Of a DNA stretch of 64,000 nucleotides, positions 37,169 to 49,216 are shown one piece after another. The notes under the pieces are model-generated. The model was not told the DNA's origin and did not search any database. It saw only the letters and a program-made list of their open reading frames with translations. The translations under genes and the position numbers were made by a program. Source of the DNA: Atractiella rhizophila (Eukaryota); NCBI GenBank assembly GCA_021432655.1, contig MU271238.1:1-64000 (forward strand), read 5' to 3'. Every line of letters begins with the position of its first letter. Within the stretch, counting starts at the first letter, position 1.

Positions 37169-37588
37169 TTGAAGTCTTCCGTTTGAATATAAATTTTTTT
37201 ATAAACGCTAGGCACCAGGAAACTTTGGTTGCAGCACCAGTTGTTTTGCTGAGATTTTCGGATCTCTTTCGACCCATCCGCCTCCCTGGGATAATGTGCC
37301 AGTGATGAGATTTGCAAGTTGCATTACAAGCGAACCAACAATTTCAAATTCACCTTGTTCAATGAAAATTCGTGCCAGATCAAGTACATCTTTACATCTG
37401 ATATTGTCTGACAGACTAATGTTACAGTCCAAATATTCACTCTTTCGAACAATATAATACTCAAACTGCACGTTTCAGTTCAGGCAGCCATGGTCAACAG
37501 TCTCAAAACATTAACTGAATCACATCTGCCCACGCTTATAACATACGCTTATGACACACGGATTGTTACAAGATCGATTGATCAGACA

Positions 37589-39697
37589 TCAAAAGTTGAA
37601 GTTCTCTCTTCTGATTTTTGTCACGTCAACCCCATCTTGCCCAAGCATCCCAATAACAGCGTTCTCCATCGCCGCAGGTCCACAAACAAAAATACTACGA
37701 GATTTGACACCTTCTACTGCTTTCATGAATACAGACTCCACTCTTCCCTTTCGCAAGTTTGCAGTAACACCTGGGAATGTTGCAAGCGTAGTCAGCCACG
37801 TCATGTTCTCTGTTCTGTCGTTGCCTATCGTTGGACTGAAAAAGGTAATGGCGATGCTTAGCCCGAAATCATTGGGCTTCTCCGACAGAATCTTGTTAAT
37901 GAGGTCTGCCCAAATATTCGGTTCCCTGCTTTGGACCGCCCAGACGATGTCCAGTTTTTTCTTCTGATTCAGTGCGTCCTTCAAGAAGCTGAGAAACGGC
38001 GTGATGCCAACTCCGCCAGATACCCATAGTGTTTTCTCTTCGTCAGAGGGATAGAAGTCTCCTGCGACACCGACGAGCTTTGTCTTGATGTTCAACTGTC
38101 TCAAATCTGCCAATAGTTCGGGGCGACGGATGTACAGAGCTTTGGCAACGTCGAAGAGCATGCCAGTTATCCTTCCTTCCGGTACGAGGCGCATCGTGAG
38201 CTCAAACGTGTTCTCCGGCGAGGAAATGGAAGAGATCGTCCAACTCCGAACAGATTCGTCGTTCACGGATTGCTCATTCCCATACGCCATATGCCGATAC
38301 TCGGGGACACCAGCGAATGCTGACCAGTCCAGAATAGCGTACTGACCTGCCTTCCAGGCGTAAGGAGTGGCAGTTGTTTGACCCTTATCTTCAAGAAGCC
38401 TGAAACGGAAGACACCGAGATTGGTCCTTGCGATCCGATCTTCGTTCGTTTCGTTCGCCCGTTCTTCTGGAAGTAGGAGTTCAATTTTCTCCAACAGCAC
38501 CTCCTTCCCATCCCCGTCTGTCTGCACAAATCCTTTCGCTATCTCCTCCTCTAAGAGATGGAAAACCGGAGGGGAATACGGGCTTCTTCCTTCCTCCTCC
38601 TTCCCTTCAAAATCCCTCACTGGCAAGGCATCTTCTAACAAAATCCAGTCTTCAACTTCTGCTTCAACCAGTATCGCCCTCTTGAACCTCGGCATGATCT
38701 TCCTCGCTTCCTCTCCTACCAATACCCTCGCTTTCGCCGTCACGTGCAACAGTTCCCCAGTTTCGAAGTCGGGAAATGACAGCGCACAGCGACCATCCAC
38801 CTGTACATTTCCCAGAGAACTCATCATGCGATTGCCGGAATAGTCCGGAGCGTAGATTGTTTGCTTGGAGGGAGAAAATCGGACGAAGCCTGCTCGACCA
38901 GCTCGTTCATTCATTCCCATGTGAGGCGGATGCTCCATGCTGACAGCGGACGCAGAGGTGAAGGAGGTCCCGAAGAAGTATAGAGATGAGCGATGGATCA
39001 CCTCTACTGCTTGAGTTGAAAGGGGAAGTGGACCTTGAGATCCCAGCGAGGACGCAACCATTCGAGGATGGCAAGCATGTTTCGTCAGCTTGTGAAGGGG
39101 AATGTATTTTGGACAATTGCCTGTACAGCCGCCAATTAGTCTGATTTGCCGTTTCCAGGAATTGAACTGAGACTAACCAAGAACTTGTTCAGCGTGGATC
39201 CTACCCGCAATTCTAATTTCTTCTCCCATCTCCTTCACGTCTAACCCTTCAACCCTCCCAGCCAACTTATTCCTCCTCCTTGTGCTCAATTCAATCCCCA
39301 ATCCAGCCGTCAAAATCACTCCTTCCTCTCCAGAGGAATATGGATCATCGGGAATTTTGATCTTCTTTCGATCCTTATCTTTGAGCAACGTCCACTCAGC
39401 AGGGTCGCCTTTCCATGTTCTCGCATGAAAATTAACGTGTCGTTCGTTTGGACTCCTGAGAAAAAAATCTTTCTCTTCATCGGGGAAGAAAAAAGAACAC
39501 CACGGCCTAGATTTTGAGTCGAGAAAAGTAAGCGGAAGGAAAGCGACATTGTTCGCGTAGAATTCGCGATGTTGCTGAGGAAGATAATCGATTGTAGCTC
39601 GGTATGACATTCTGTCGCCATACGTCGTATAGCCTACTTTGGCCTGAACCTCCTTCACGCCAGGATGCCATGAGTGCAGAGCAGACGGTTCGTCCAT
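37589..39697 (-). CDS. Pyridoxamine-5'-phosphate-oxidase-like FMN-binding + FNR-type FAD/NAD(P)H oxidoreductase
   Basis: WHPGVKEVQ, QHREFY, GIELSTRRRNK, PDYSGNRMMSSLGN, RSWTISS, SGGVGITPF, VCGPAAM, terminal aromatic ENFNF*. An upstream in-frame ATG at 39793 is also possible. Confidence 0.85.
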
Positions 39698-41043
39698 GAT
39701 CCAAGCGAGAGATCTCAAGTCGTCGTACGGCGCGAAAGATTGTGCAAAACTAGCGAATAGTAGAAGTATAAGCAATCCCGCGTTATAGACCATCGATCAG
39801 TAAGAGGATGGCGAAAGCTCTTTTATGAGCCATCGATTCTTTGTCAGCGGGGCAGCATTCCTCCCTATCTTGGAAAGCGTCGTTTTCCATGTCTGCCCAA
39901 GTTTCTCGCCGATGACCAGAGGAGAAAATGAGATTTTCCATGATTTTCGCCATTCATTGGGCTTGATCTGCTAACTCTCTACGCACACTGCGTCCTCGAA
40001 TGATGAGCAGCAGGGATTTCTTGGAAATTGAATGAGGATGTTGCAAATTTTCGCCGCTCTGCAGAAATTTTTTGGTGAAATGTTTCGAGTGAGTTCACTA
40101 GTGTTTCACATAAGATGAACCACTTTCACAACCCTTTCACAGTGTTTCCACAAGTTGTATAAAAGGACCGCACTTTTCGACCTTTTTTCCTCAGAACAGT
40201 GCGTCCTTTCAACATGCCTCTTGCCTGGAGTTCTCGACTGACTGCTTCCTGGGAACAGTACTTTTACGGGATCTATTTAAAGTAGATTTCCATGTTCTGC
40301 TTGCTCAAGCAAGCCACAATCTCCACCCTCGATGATGATGGAGAAACTCGTATCCCTTTTAAAGTGAGGTCTTTCGTCTCTGTCTTTCTTCGGGAAGGCA
40401 GAAACGCTCGAAGAACTTGGTCAGGAAGGAACCTCAACCTGAAAAGGTTGTTGACAGCTGAAGTGACGATGTAAAAGTCGGAGCGGAGGCGTCCTTCTGG
40501 ACCTGGGATATGAGTTACTCTGAGAGGGCTCTTCAAATGCTTCAGATTTCATGGGGTGATGGGTGGGCTTTTGATGCTCGGTTGTATCTCATAGCGTAAA
40601 ACCGCGTTGACTGGAATGCATTTGGTTGGTCTTCAGCTAGTCAATGGGAAGGTAAATTGGATGTTTTGGCAAAGCGCACAACGTTTGCTCGCACTCTGTG
40701 AATCGGTTCACGAGTAAAGTGTTCTACGGCGTGTTGGTCAAATACTCAGGGTGACGGAAAGATTGATCAATCCTGAGATTGGGCGATTGAGGCAGAATTA
40801 TACATTGGGGATTGAGGTCTGAGAAGCCTGAGGAAGCTCAGTCGGTTTCCGCATACGACGACAGCAACAAGACAGTCGGATGGTATGGTGTTGAGTCGAC
40901 CATTAGGAGATTCTGACATTTGCATACATTATTTGTTGCTACAACACTGTAACCCAGCCTGGTCAGCACATTAGTTTGCTGGTTTGCAATAGCAATAAGT
41001 GGACCACTAACCAAGGGCGTCAAGGGCGTCAATCGCTTGTCTT

Positions 41044-42128
41044 CTACAAACCAGCATTTCTCGCCAATCCGATCAAGTTAAACTGAAGGCTGTCCGTCAA
41101 GCCGATAAATTTCTCCCTGACCACGTCTGCAGCTTTGAATACAAGACGTCCCTCGTCTACAGATCCATGACCTGCTCGCCAGCCCACAAATCCAAAATGC
41201 ACGCACACGAATTAGTGCTGGATATGGATGGATCAGGGCGGGGAAGACGCACACACGGGATAGTTCTTCCTCCCATCCAACTCCCACAGCTGTCCTTCCC
41301 ACTCCACGAAGGCGACAAAATGCACTATCGAGCCAAGAAGAAACGTTGGCGTCGATACTGCGGGAGTAAGAAGAGAGAAGAAGCAGCGCACGATCAACAT
41401 CTTCATCAGCAGAGGGGGCTCTAGTTTGTCCTGCACTAGCAGATGCATGATGGGCTGACGCTATTTCTTCAGCGTTATTTAGTATTTCTCCTCGCTCTTG
41501 CGCGGTCTGTACCCCACATCAGAGAAGAATTGTCGAAGAAGTAAGCTGTACCTTCCCGAGAAATGAATAGTATAGGTCCATCAGAGGGCCATCCTTGATG
41601 TGGACATCTCGGACACCTGGCGAGTTAAGAATCGCATGGAGCACTAATCGCGCATAATAAACTCAAGCTCAGGTCGAGTTCTAACAGAACTGAGGGACTC
41701 ACAACCCATCGTCCCACAAGCATTGTTGATGAGCTGTTTGACATAGATTAATTCTTGCCCAGGATCTTTTACGCCCTCTTCCTTTCTTCTCTCGTCTTCC
41801 TTCTTCAAGATCTCATTTTCTGCTCTTCGCGCCTCTTCATACCTAAATTCTCCCATTAGCGACTCACGGATGCACTGGTGAGAAAACGTCTTACTTTTCG
41901 CTGATGGGGAAGAGCAGCACTACGGCATGAACTGGTGTAGGAAGAAAGGAAAGAAGCTCTTCATCCAATCCAAATATATCTTGGAAGCATACTGCCTCTA
42001 CGTCCATTCCTAGAGTTGATGCCCACTGGGAAGGATGCGGAATGAGCGCGATCGGGAGAAAGTGCTAAACGAACCTGGTTCATCACCTCTGGATTTGATT
42101 CAAGCGGGATCCATTTCAAAGTCTTCAT
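41044..42128 (-). CDS. YUH1: Ubiquitin C-terminal hydrolase (UCH-L3/Yuh1, peptidase C12)
   Basis: MKTLKWIPLESNPEVMN, AVVLLFPI, KQLINNACGTMG (catalytic Cys), HFVAFV..LWELDGRK (His/Asp), FNLIGL. Confidence 0.92.
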
Positions 42129-43692
42129 CTCAGATGAATACGTGGAGAACAGATGGACAAAGTATGATAAAGCAGGAAAGAGTACGCGTTCAGATTAAGC
42201 TCACGACACTAAGATTAATTCACAAGTAACCTCACTGTGACTAAAGATGGGACGCAACCTTGGACCTTGCTTGGAAGAATGTTGTTTACAAACCTATACA
42301 TATGGATCTCGTAGTGATGCTCACGGATATGTTGCTGAGATGAATTATCAATGAGGAAGAGAAACGTTTAGGAACGTGAATAACTTACAAGGTGCGAACC
42401 GATTCATACAGTATTCAGTGTTCCTGCATTCCTTCAACATGCCTTTTCAGATCCGCATTAAATCCTTCAAAGTGCTTCAAAGTCGTTTTTCCTCCCAAAG
42501 AAGGAGCCATCACGAAAGAGAGCAGTCCCTCGAACTCCTCCCATTGAGTAAACGTCGTTCCCCCCGGATTCGTACTTGAAGGTTCAAAACGATAACCGTG
42601 AATTCCAGTGAGGACGCCGTGCCTTCATTTAAAATCAAAATCAGAGCGCTCGACTCCGTTGACTGGGAGTGAGTGAGGGTGAGGAGAGAAAACGCACCAA
42701 ACACCACGAGTCTTGAACTGGGTTGGAGAATTCTCCTACTTGCTCCGTCAGAATTCAATTTCCAAACGAGTCACCTGGAATGATAAAGAAGCACCTCGAC
42801 GACCTGGACGACGCTGATACCCCCTAGTGAGCTGTCAAGTTTATCTCCAACCTTGACATCGTGACCGGTCCCTTTTTCAGCTCCTTGGACGACGATCGAT
42901 GCTATGAAGCCTTTGTGCCATTCTTGCATCTTGGGGAAGTCAAGAAACTAAATGAACACGAAGGGAGAAATGCCATGAGAATCGAGACTACAAGAGTAAA
43001 AATACAGCATCGAAGGAGAGGCGCACCACCGATCGCACCTTTTCGGGGGGAGAGGCGATTTCGATCGTTGACGTTATCATGTTTGCGTTGAAGTTTGGAC
43101 AGCTTCAAGTTACTGTTATGGAAGGAGGAACATGGATCGGAACAGCATTTATACTGCACCCACACAGTACTTCGGTGGGGCATCCTCTCTCTGCAGCAGT
43201 TGTAAACGCATCGCCTGGGTCAGTCGACATTGAGGTAATCAGGACAGGGGCGATGTCGCGGCAAACAATGATGGGATGTTCCTGAACCGGCTATAATTGT
43301 GGAAGGAAGTTAAGTTCACTCGTGCCGTCGGGCAAGTCGTTATTGTACAGAGAGATGCTTGTACACTCCGCAGTTCTACATCTATCATCTATCAGGTCCA
43401 TCAAGCCAACTGTTAGTAAGCTTCCATCAAGGAAATGGGAAAGAGGTGAAGTACACAATGCCAAAAATCCCGCTTTAGAATCATGTTACAGTTTATCAAT
43501 ACCGGTGGGACGGGGGATTTCAAACAGGTTCAGAAAGTTGATCCTTGAGCAGCGGCATAGTTGTACCTCGTTCTCTGTATCCAACGGTAGGTGGGAAAAC
43601 CGACGGTTTCCTCGATGTTGACGTCTCAGGGATCGAAAAGCCTAGACTTCCGTACAGGGGATTAATGAGGATCTGTGTCCCATTATGGTGCT

Positions 43693-44487
43693 TCAGTTCT
43701 GACAATTCAGCTGAAACGGATACAGGTCCATTTATGGGGGGCGAAGGAAAGTAGGGCATACACGGATAGGCCAAGGCGCGACTTCCTGACTTGTGATCGC
43801 AGGAGTTTCCCTCCCTGCCGCCGTCCACTCGATGACCTTGAGCACGAAACCGGACAACTGTCTCCTCAACAGTCGTTCAGCGTTAGCTCGCGACACGGAC
43901 GGTGTGAAGGATGGAAGGGTGAGGTTGATGACGTAGGCTTCCCACGGCGCTGGAAGATCAGGAGATGTTGGATTTGGAGTCGGTTGAACGGCCAGAGGGC
44001 GGGAGGAGAACCAGTTGGTTATCCCTGACACTGCGGATTGGGGACGGGATTTGGGTGCTGAGGTTGGTGGACGCTTTTCGTGGAAGAGCAAGACAATCTA
44101 TAGTCATCCCAAAATGGGACGGAGTCAGCCAATAGAGAAGAGAGAAGATAACAAGGAGATCGTGTGGAAGTTGGCTGTCGTACCTGCGCTTTGTTACGCT
44201 TCACCTCTCTTTCCGCCTCCTGTACTTTACTCTCCACGAGCTCGTTGATCTCCACACTCTCGACAGCGGGAAAGGTTAGGTCGTAAGCTTGAAGGCTCGT
44301 CGGCGCCACGCTTCCTGGCGTTCGATGGAAGAGGATGGTGTGAAGCATCAATCGGAGGACGGAGGAGAGATGAGGACGTTCTACCGTCTAACGTTACCAC
44401 AAAATGCAGTCAGTTACTTATTTTTTGTTTCGCTGGAAGGAAGCGGCGTACGAGGTCGAATGTCAGGATTTCGGGTGGCTTTGACAT
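43693..44487 (-). CDS. ATG101: Autophagy protein Atg101
   Basis: Spliced MSKPPEILTFDL/TVERPHLSSVLRLMLHTILFHR..G; VLLFHEKR; TNWF ('WF finger'); PWE; PAITS..PWPIR. Confidence 0.85.
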
Positions 44488-44695
44488 CGCGTCTTTGTCT
44501 TGATAATTAGTAAACAAATAAACTGGATTGTTAGCGAGTAGATTTTGTTTGCGTGTCCCTGGATGAATACTGTACTGTGATGATTCTCTATGCTGTGGTC
44601 AGTGAAGTGAAGTGATTATGTAAGGCTTGAACTGAGCGGGAAAGATTGTCAGAATAGGAAAGTCCGACTTGTTGACTTGCATAGAAATCAGAGGA

Positions 44696-45368
44696 ATGGA
44701 CATCCTCCAACGCTTGCGCGACGCCTGGGACTCTGGCGTCTTCTCTCCCTTCCCACGTCAGCCTCTCGAATCGAAGCTTTCAACAGCAGAGTGGAAGGAA
44801 GTCACAGACGTTCGTCTCCTCACCTCCTCCGAACCTTGCCCATCTCAACTGGGACCTGCCCGGTGGAGCCTAGGGATGTCCGAGGATCAACGACTCATAC
44901 TGATGCATTGGTTGTGCAGAATGCAGCTTTTGAGGGAACACTCGGTGGTACCGCTGGCGCTTTTGTGTCCAGTTAGTGTTCTCTTACATATTGTTGTTTA
45001 AACTGTTCATTTCTGCTCTCCTTGCTGCTGAACCGAGGCGTCAGACGCTAACAGTAATGGGGGATAGGTTTCGTAGGAGGCCGTATCCTCCGTCTTCCCC
45101 GTCAAGCGCAATCATTGACGTTTTTCATGTGAGCACATCTTCCCCTCCGTCAACTTCCTCAGTGCTGATTTGTAATGGAATGTAAAGTGCACTCCCTCTC
45201 ATATCGTGGAACATCGCACAGGTGTCTTTCGAGAATAGGAGGAAGCATGCGGAGAAGAAGAAGCTGGATCTGATAGAGATGGACATGGACAGGCGGGAAG
45301 GAGGGGCGAGAGGGACCGGGTTGGAGGAGATGGAGGATCCGTATCAGACGAGTAGAGGGGATCATTAG
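44696..45368 (+). CDS. Small hypothetical membrane protein (4 exons, ~135 aa)
   Basis: Canonical introns join MDILQRLRDAWDSG..KEVTD / NAAFEGTLGGTAGAFVS / FVGGRILRLPRQAQSLTFF / ALPLISWNIAQVSFENRRK..RGDH*; divergent from ATG101. Confidence 0.6.
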
Positions 45369-45574
45369 TTTTTATCTCGTTTGTTTTGTGGATAGCATTG
45401 TTTCCTGTCTATAAAATCATCATCATACTACTCAGGATTCATTACAGTTGGTGATATTGATATGAACCGAACCGCGAAATGCGTCCTGGAATGACGCGTC
45501 TCCCGCGTGCGCGTCCACTGATACTCATAAATACGATCATACCATCATCATCTACGACGATACCTCAGTCCACG

Positions 45575-46560
45575 ATGGCACTCCCATTCTTCGTCTCCCG
45601 CTCCACCTCCAAGTCCTCCTTCAAGAACAAGACCCTCATCCTCCCCCTCCCCACCATCTCCTCCCTCCCCCAACTCTCCACCGACCTCCTCCTCCATTCG
45701 CCCACCCTCTCCTTCGTCCTCACAGGCTTCCTCGACCCCACCCTCTCCGTACCGGCCGTTGGACCGCTCGACCACCTGCCTCCTGGCCCTGGCGCTCAGT
45801 CTGGACATGCATCGCAGCGGAAAGAAGGGATCACTATGCCTGCGGAGGTATGGGTGGACGAGAGTAAAGGTTGGGTCGTCCTCCAACAGAGAGCGCCGAT
45901 CTTGAAGGTGAGTCTTTATCTTCCCAAATTTTCGGCGATCGATCAATGGACGGACACGGACTGATGGATGATATCGATGTTGGATAGGCGAAGAAGGATG
46001 AATTCATCGACCGCCTCCTCTCTTGGATCGCCGCGGAGGGTTTTAGCTCCGTTCTGGTGCTTGCGAGTGTAGGGGACGAGGGGAGGGTTGATGCAGATAT
46101 CCAAAAGTGGGCCATTCTATCATCCTCCTCCTGACTATATTAATATTGGATGGATCCTAGCCCTTCGCCTCTCAGACACTTTCTCCTCCCAACCACCACC
46201 GCTTCCACCGCTCTAACACCACACCTCCAGAAACTTACACCATACCACACGTCTTCTACCTCTTCCTCTTCACAGGAAGGAGGAAAGCCGCCAGCATTCC
46301 CTTACTTCCCCTCCTCGGGTCTTCTCCGCCGTTTCCTCCTTCGCCTCTCTTCCGCCACTACCCCATCCCCAGTTCAAGCGCCAGTGGAGACGCTTCTGAT
46401 ATATGCGTCCGAAGGAGATAATAGGGAAAAGGTCCTCCTCTTGAGGTCCCAGGTGTTGACCGTTCTTGGAGTGCAGGAGCCGGACAAAGTGCATGTCAGC
46501 GAACCGGTTGGGTGGAAAGGGTTGTGGGGTTCAGAGGGAGATAGGGGGATTTGGGGCTGA
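45575..46560 (+). CDS. Proteasome assembly chaperone 2 (PAC2/PSMG2)
   Basis: TLILPLPTISSLPQLSTDLL, PAVG, VVLQQRAP, YASEGDN, PVGWKGLWG. Confidence 0.85.
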
Positions 46561-46788
46561 TTTATGAAATGTTGGAGGGTTGTAGGTTGTTATAAAGCGA
46601 TGAAACTGTCTGATGAGGGTAAATGTTTGAGATACGCAACATGGTCAAGGATTGATGCTGGAAATTGGCTTAAGTATGTAACCATTCCAAAAAATTAGGA
46701 TCTATATTGCTTGTTGTACAATTTGTCCACCTGTTCCTCCTAATTCCCCCAAGATACAACTTAAAAGAGCATAGAAAGTATGAGTGCC

Positions 46789-48826
46789 CTATTCATCAGC
46801 ACTCAGGATCCATCTAGTCTGAGTGAAAGAAAGAGCGTACGTGAGAACGACGCTCGAGAAAGCGAGTACGATATACTGATCCTTTCGTCAGCTTCTGCAG
46901 ATGCATGCAACGGAGAAGGGAGGATGTGACCGAGGAGAGGAGGTACCTGCACGATCAAATACACTGCGAGGAGATGCGAATTGCTCTCCCTCCCTTCTGG
47001 GGCATAAACCTGCGTAAAAATGACCTGCGTCGTCGCCGTCGGACTACACACCACACCAACCAGATCCAAGTTCGGGTTAGTTGTCAGCGCTGCACCGTTG
47101 ACTACGCCGACCAATAACGGAAGACGCACACGCAAGCGAAATACATGAGCACGAATCGTAACACCTTGTTCTCCCTCTCCACCAATCCAGCATCTGTCAA
47201 CGCCCTTACGAGTACCACTCCCAATACAGGAAGGATGACAAGTTTCCACGCCGCCAGGCCCAATATGCTCCTTAAAGGGAGGTTGGAAATAGGCCTCTTG
47301 ATCTGCATGCTCGCTAAGCTCCCACCGAGGACGATGAGTCCCATGGGCACCGATGCGTTCCCTAAGAAGGTAGCGGCGTCCAGGAAGACGCTCAGCGGTG
47401 GTAGTCCGTCAGGTGCTGACGAGATGGGGGAGGATCCGGAGGTTGGGTGCAGGAAGAGAGCTTTGAGGGTAGGCACGAAGGCGATGATGAGTGCGAAGAG
47501 GAGGGCGATGGTAGGAGGGGTGAAGATAGAGCGTAGCAATATTGTGAAACGCTGTATCCTACCGAGCGAGGGAGAAGGAGGAGCGACCGGATGTTGGTGT
47601 TGAGACTGAGATTGAGAGCTGAGACGCGGAGTAGGTGGATATGTAGGAGTGGTGGAGTTCTCCCTTACGTGCGAAGGACGTTTGACTGCGTTCGAGGTCG
47701 ACGGGTCTTTTGCAGCGTTCTCTAGGATTCGATTGACTCTTTTCAGCTCCAACTTACCTTCTATCGCACCACCATCCATCTTCGATCCTTCGTTCGCATC
47801 CGCCCATTCCGCTTCCAGATCCACCTCATCCGCTGGCGTCTGTACCTGTGTGCTCTCTCCCCCAGAATAGTGTTCGTCCCGTCCTACCGCTGCAGTCGAA
47901 GTGGAGGAAGTGTCAGCCTTCTTCCCGTCGTAGCCATAGATGATGCGGCGCCAAATACGACGTCCGGAACTGAGCGCGGGTGGTGGTGGCGGGTCGTAGT
48001 CTTTCTTTATGAGGTAGGACCCACGGAGCGGGAAGAAGGAGATGAAGTAAACCAGGATGAAGATTGAAACATAGCTAGTACATTAAATACGTCATTATGT
48101 AGCTTTTCTATTGAAGAAAACGCACGCAATGGCAAGGTCACTTTCGCCCGGCTTGCCAAACGGTGTCGATGAGGTGACCGTCTGGATCACGGCAGTAGGC
48201 AGGTCTCCCCAGTTGGAGAAAATGGCGGCAGCTTTGGATCCGGACAAAGGAGGTCACTCTGGGTACCGCTCGAAAGAGCAAGAAAAAGGAAGAGCTACCC
48301 AGAAATCCGTGCCGAAAGTTCGATGGAATCTCGACCACCGCTCTGCATGAAACATCAGCGAACTTGTTGGAGTGTTGGATGATGTGAAAACGGACCGCAT
48401 GATGACTGCTGCTGCTGCACTCGTTCCCTACAACGCGTCATATAAGTCTCATTTTACCAAGCTAGGAGAGGAAAGGAAAGGCACTGACCTGGTAGAAGAC
48501 GGCAACGAGGATAATGATCCCCAGCTCTGGCAAATTTTCATTGGTGATACTGAAACAGCACAAACAAGACGTCAGGTCCTCCTCTGACTGGAGATACTCA
48601 TAATGAGAGGGACATACCTAGGTACCACCTTTGAGAAAAGCAGGGAAGGCAACAACACGTTCAGGATGACCTGTCCGATGTTCCTCATCCCCACTTCATT
48701 CAACAGCTTCGCGCGATAAAGCAGTGCTCCTGCTAGCGCTGGAAGGAGGAGACGTATGAGAGGTTTTATGGCTATGTAAATTATGCCTCCTATCGAAGGG
48801 AGGGTGACGCTATTGTCAGAAGACAT
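46789..48826 (-). CDS. Auxin efflux carrier (AEC/PILS, Mem_trans; Ecm3-like) transporter
   Basis: IKPLIRL, LPSLLFSKVVP, NWGDLPTAV, FLGNASVPMGLIVLG, KLVILPVLG, PTATTQV. Confidence 0.88.
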
Positions 48827-49216
48827 CCTTGAAGGGCTGTTTATTTCGACAACTTGAAAACTTCGCTTTCGCTTTCGCTTTCATGCGATTTTTCCGGGAT
48901 TTCTTTTCTCAATTCTCAGGGTTTTATGACCCGACGCTCTCAGACAACACAGCGTAAGACACAGCAGCAATCTAGGGGCTCCAAGAAGGCAGTCTTCTCA
49001 TATATTCTTTTGCTGCTGGCCGTGGATGCGGCACGACCCGCGGGGAAGTGGGGAATGCATTTCCGACCGCCTTGACTGACGGCTATTCAGCGGCAATTTT
49101 GCAGTGACTTTAGAGTGAAGCAAAAGCGAGAAACGACGAAATAACAGTCTTTAGCTCACTGGCCACGGCAGGCCAGCTAACTGATAAGCTGTAGAAACAG
49201 AAAGCTAAACTGCAAG

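Noticed and set aside
42240..43600. 1.4-kb gap between YUH1 and ATG101 with splice-like signals and short ORFs
   Set aside because: No consistent spliced frame or motif could be built; left unannotated.
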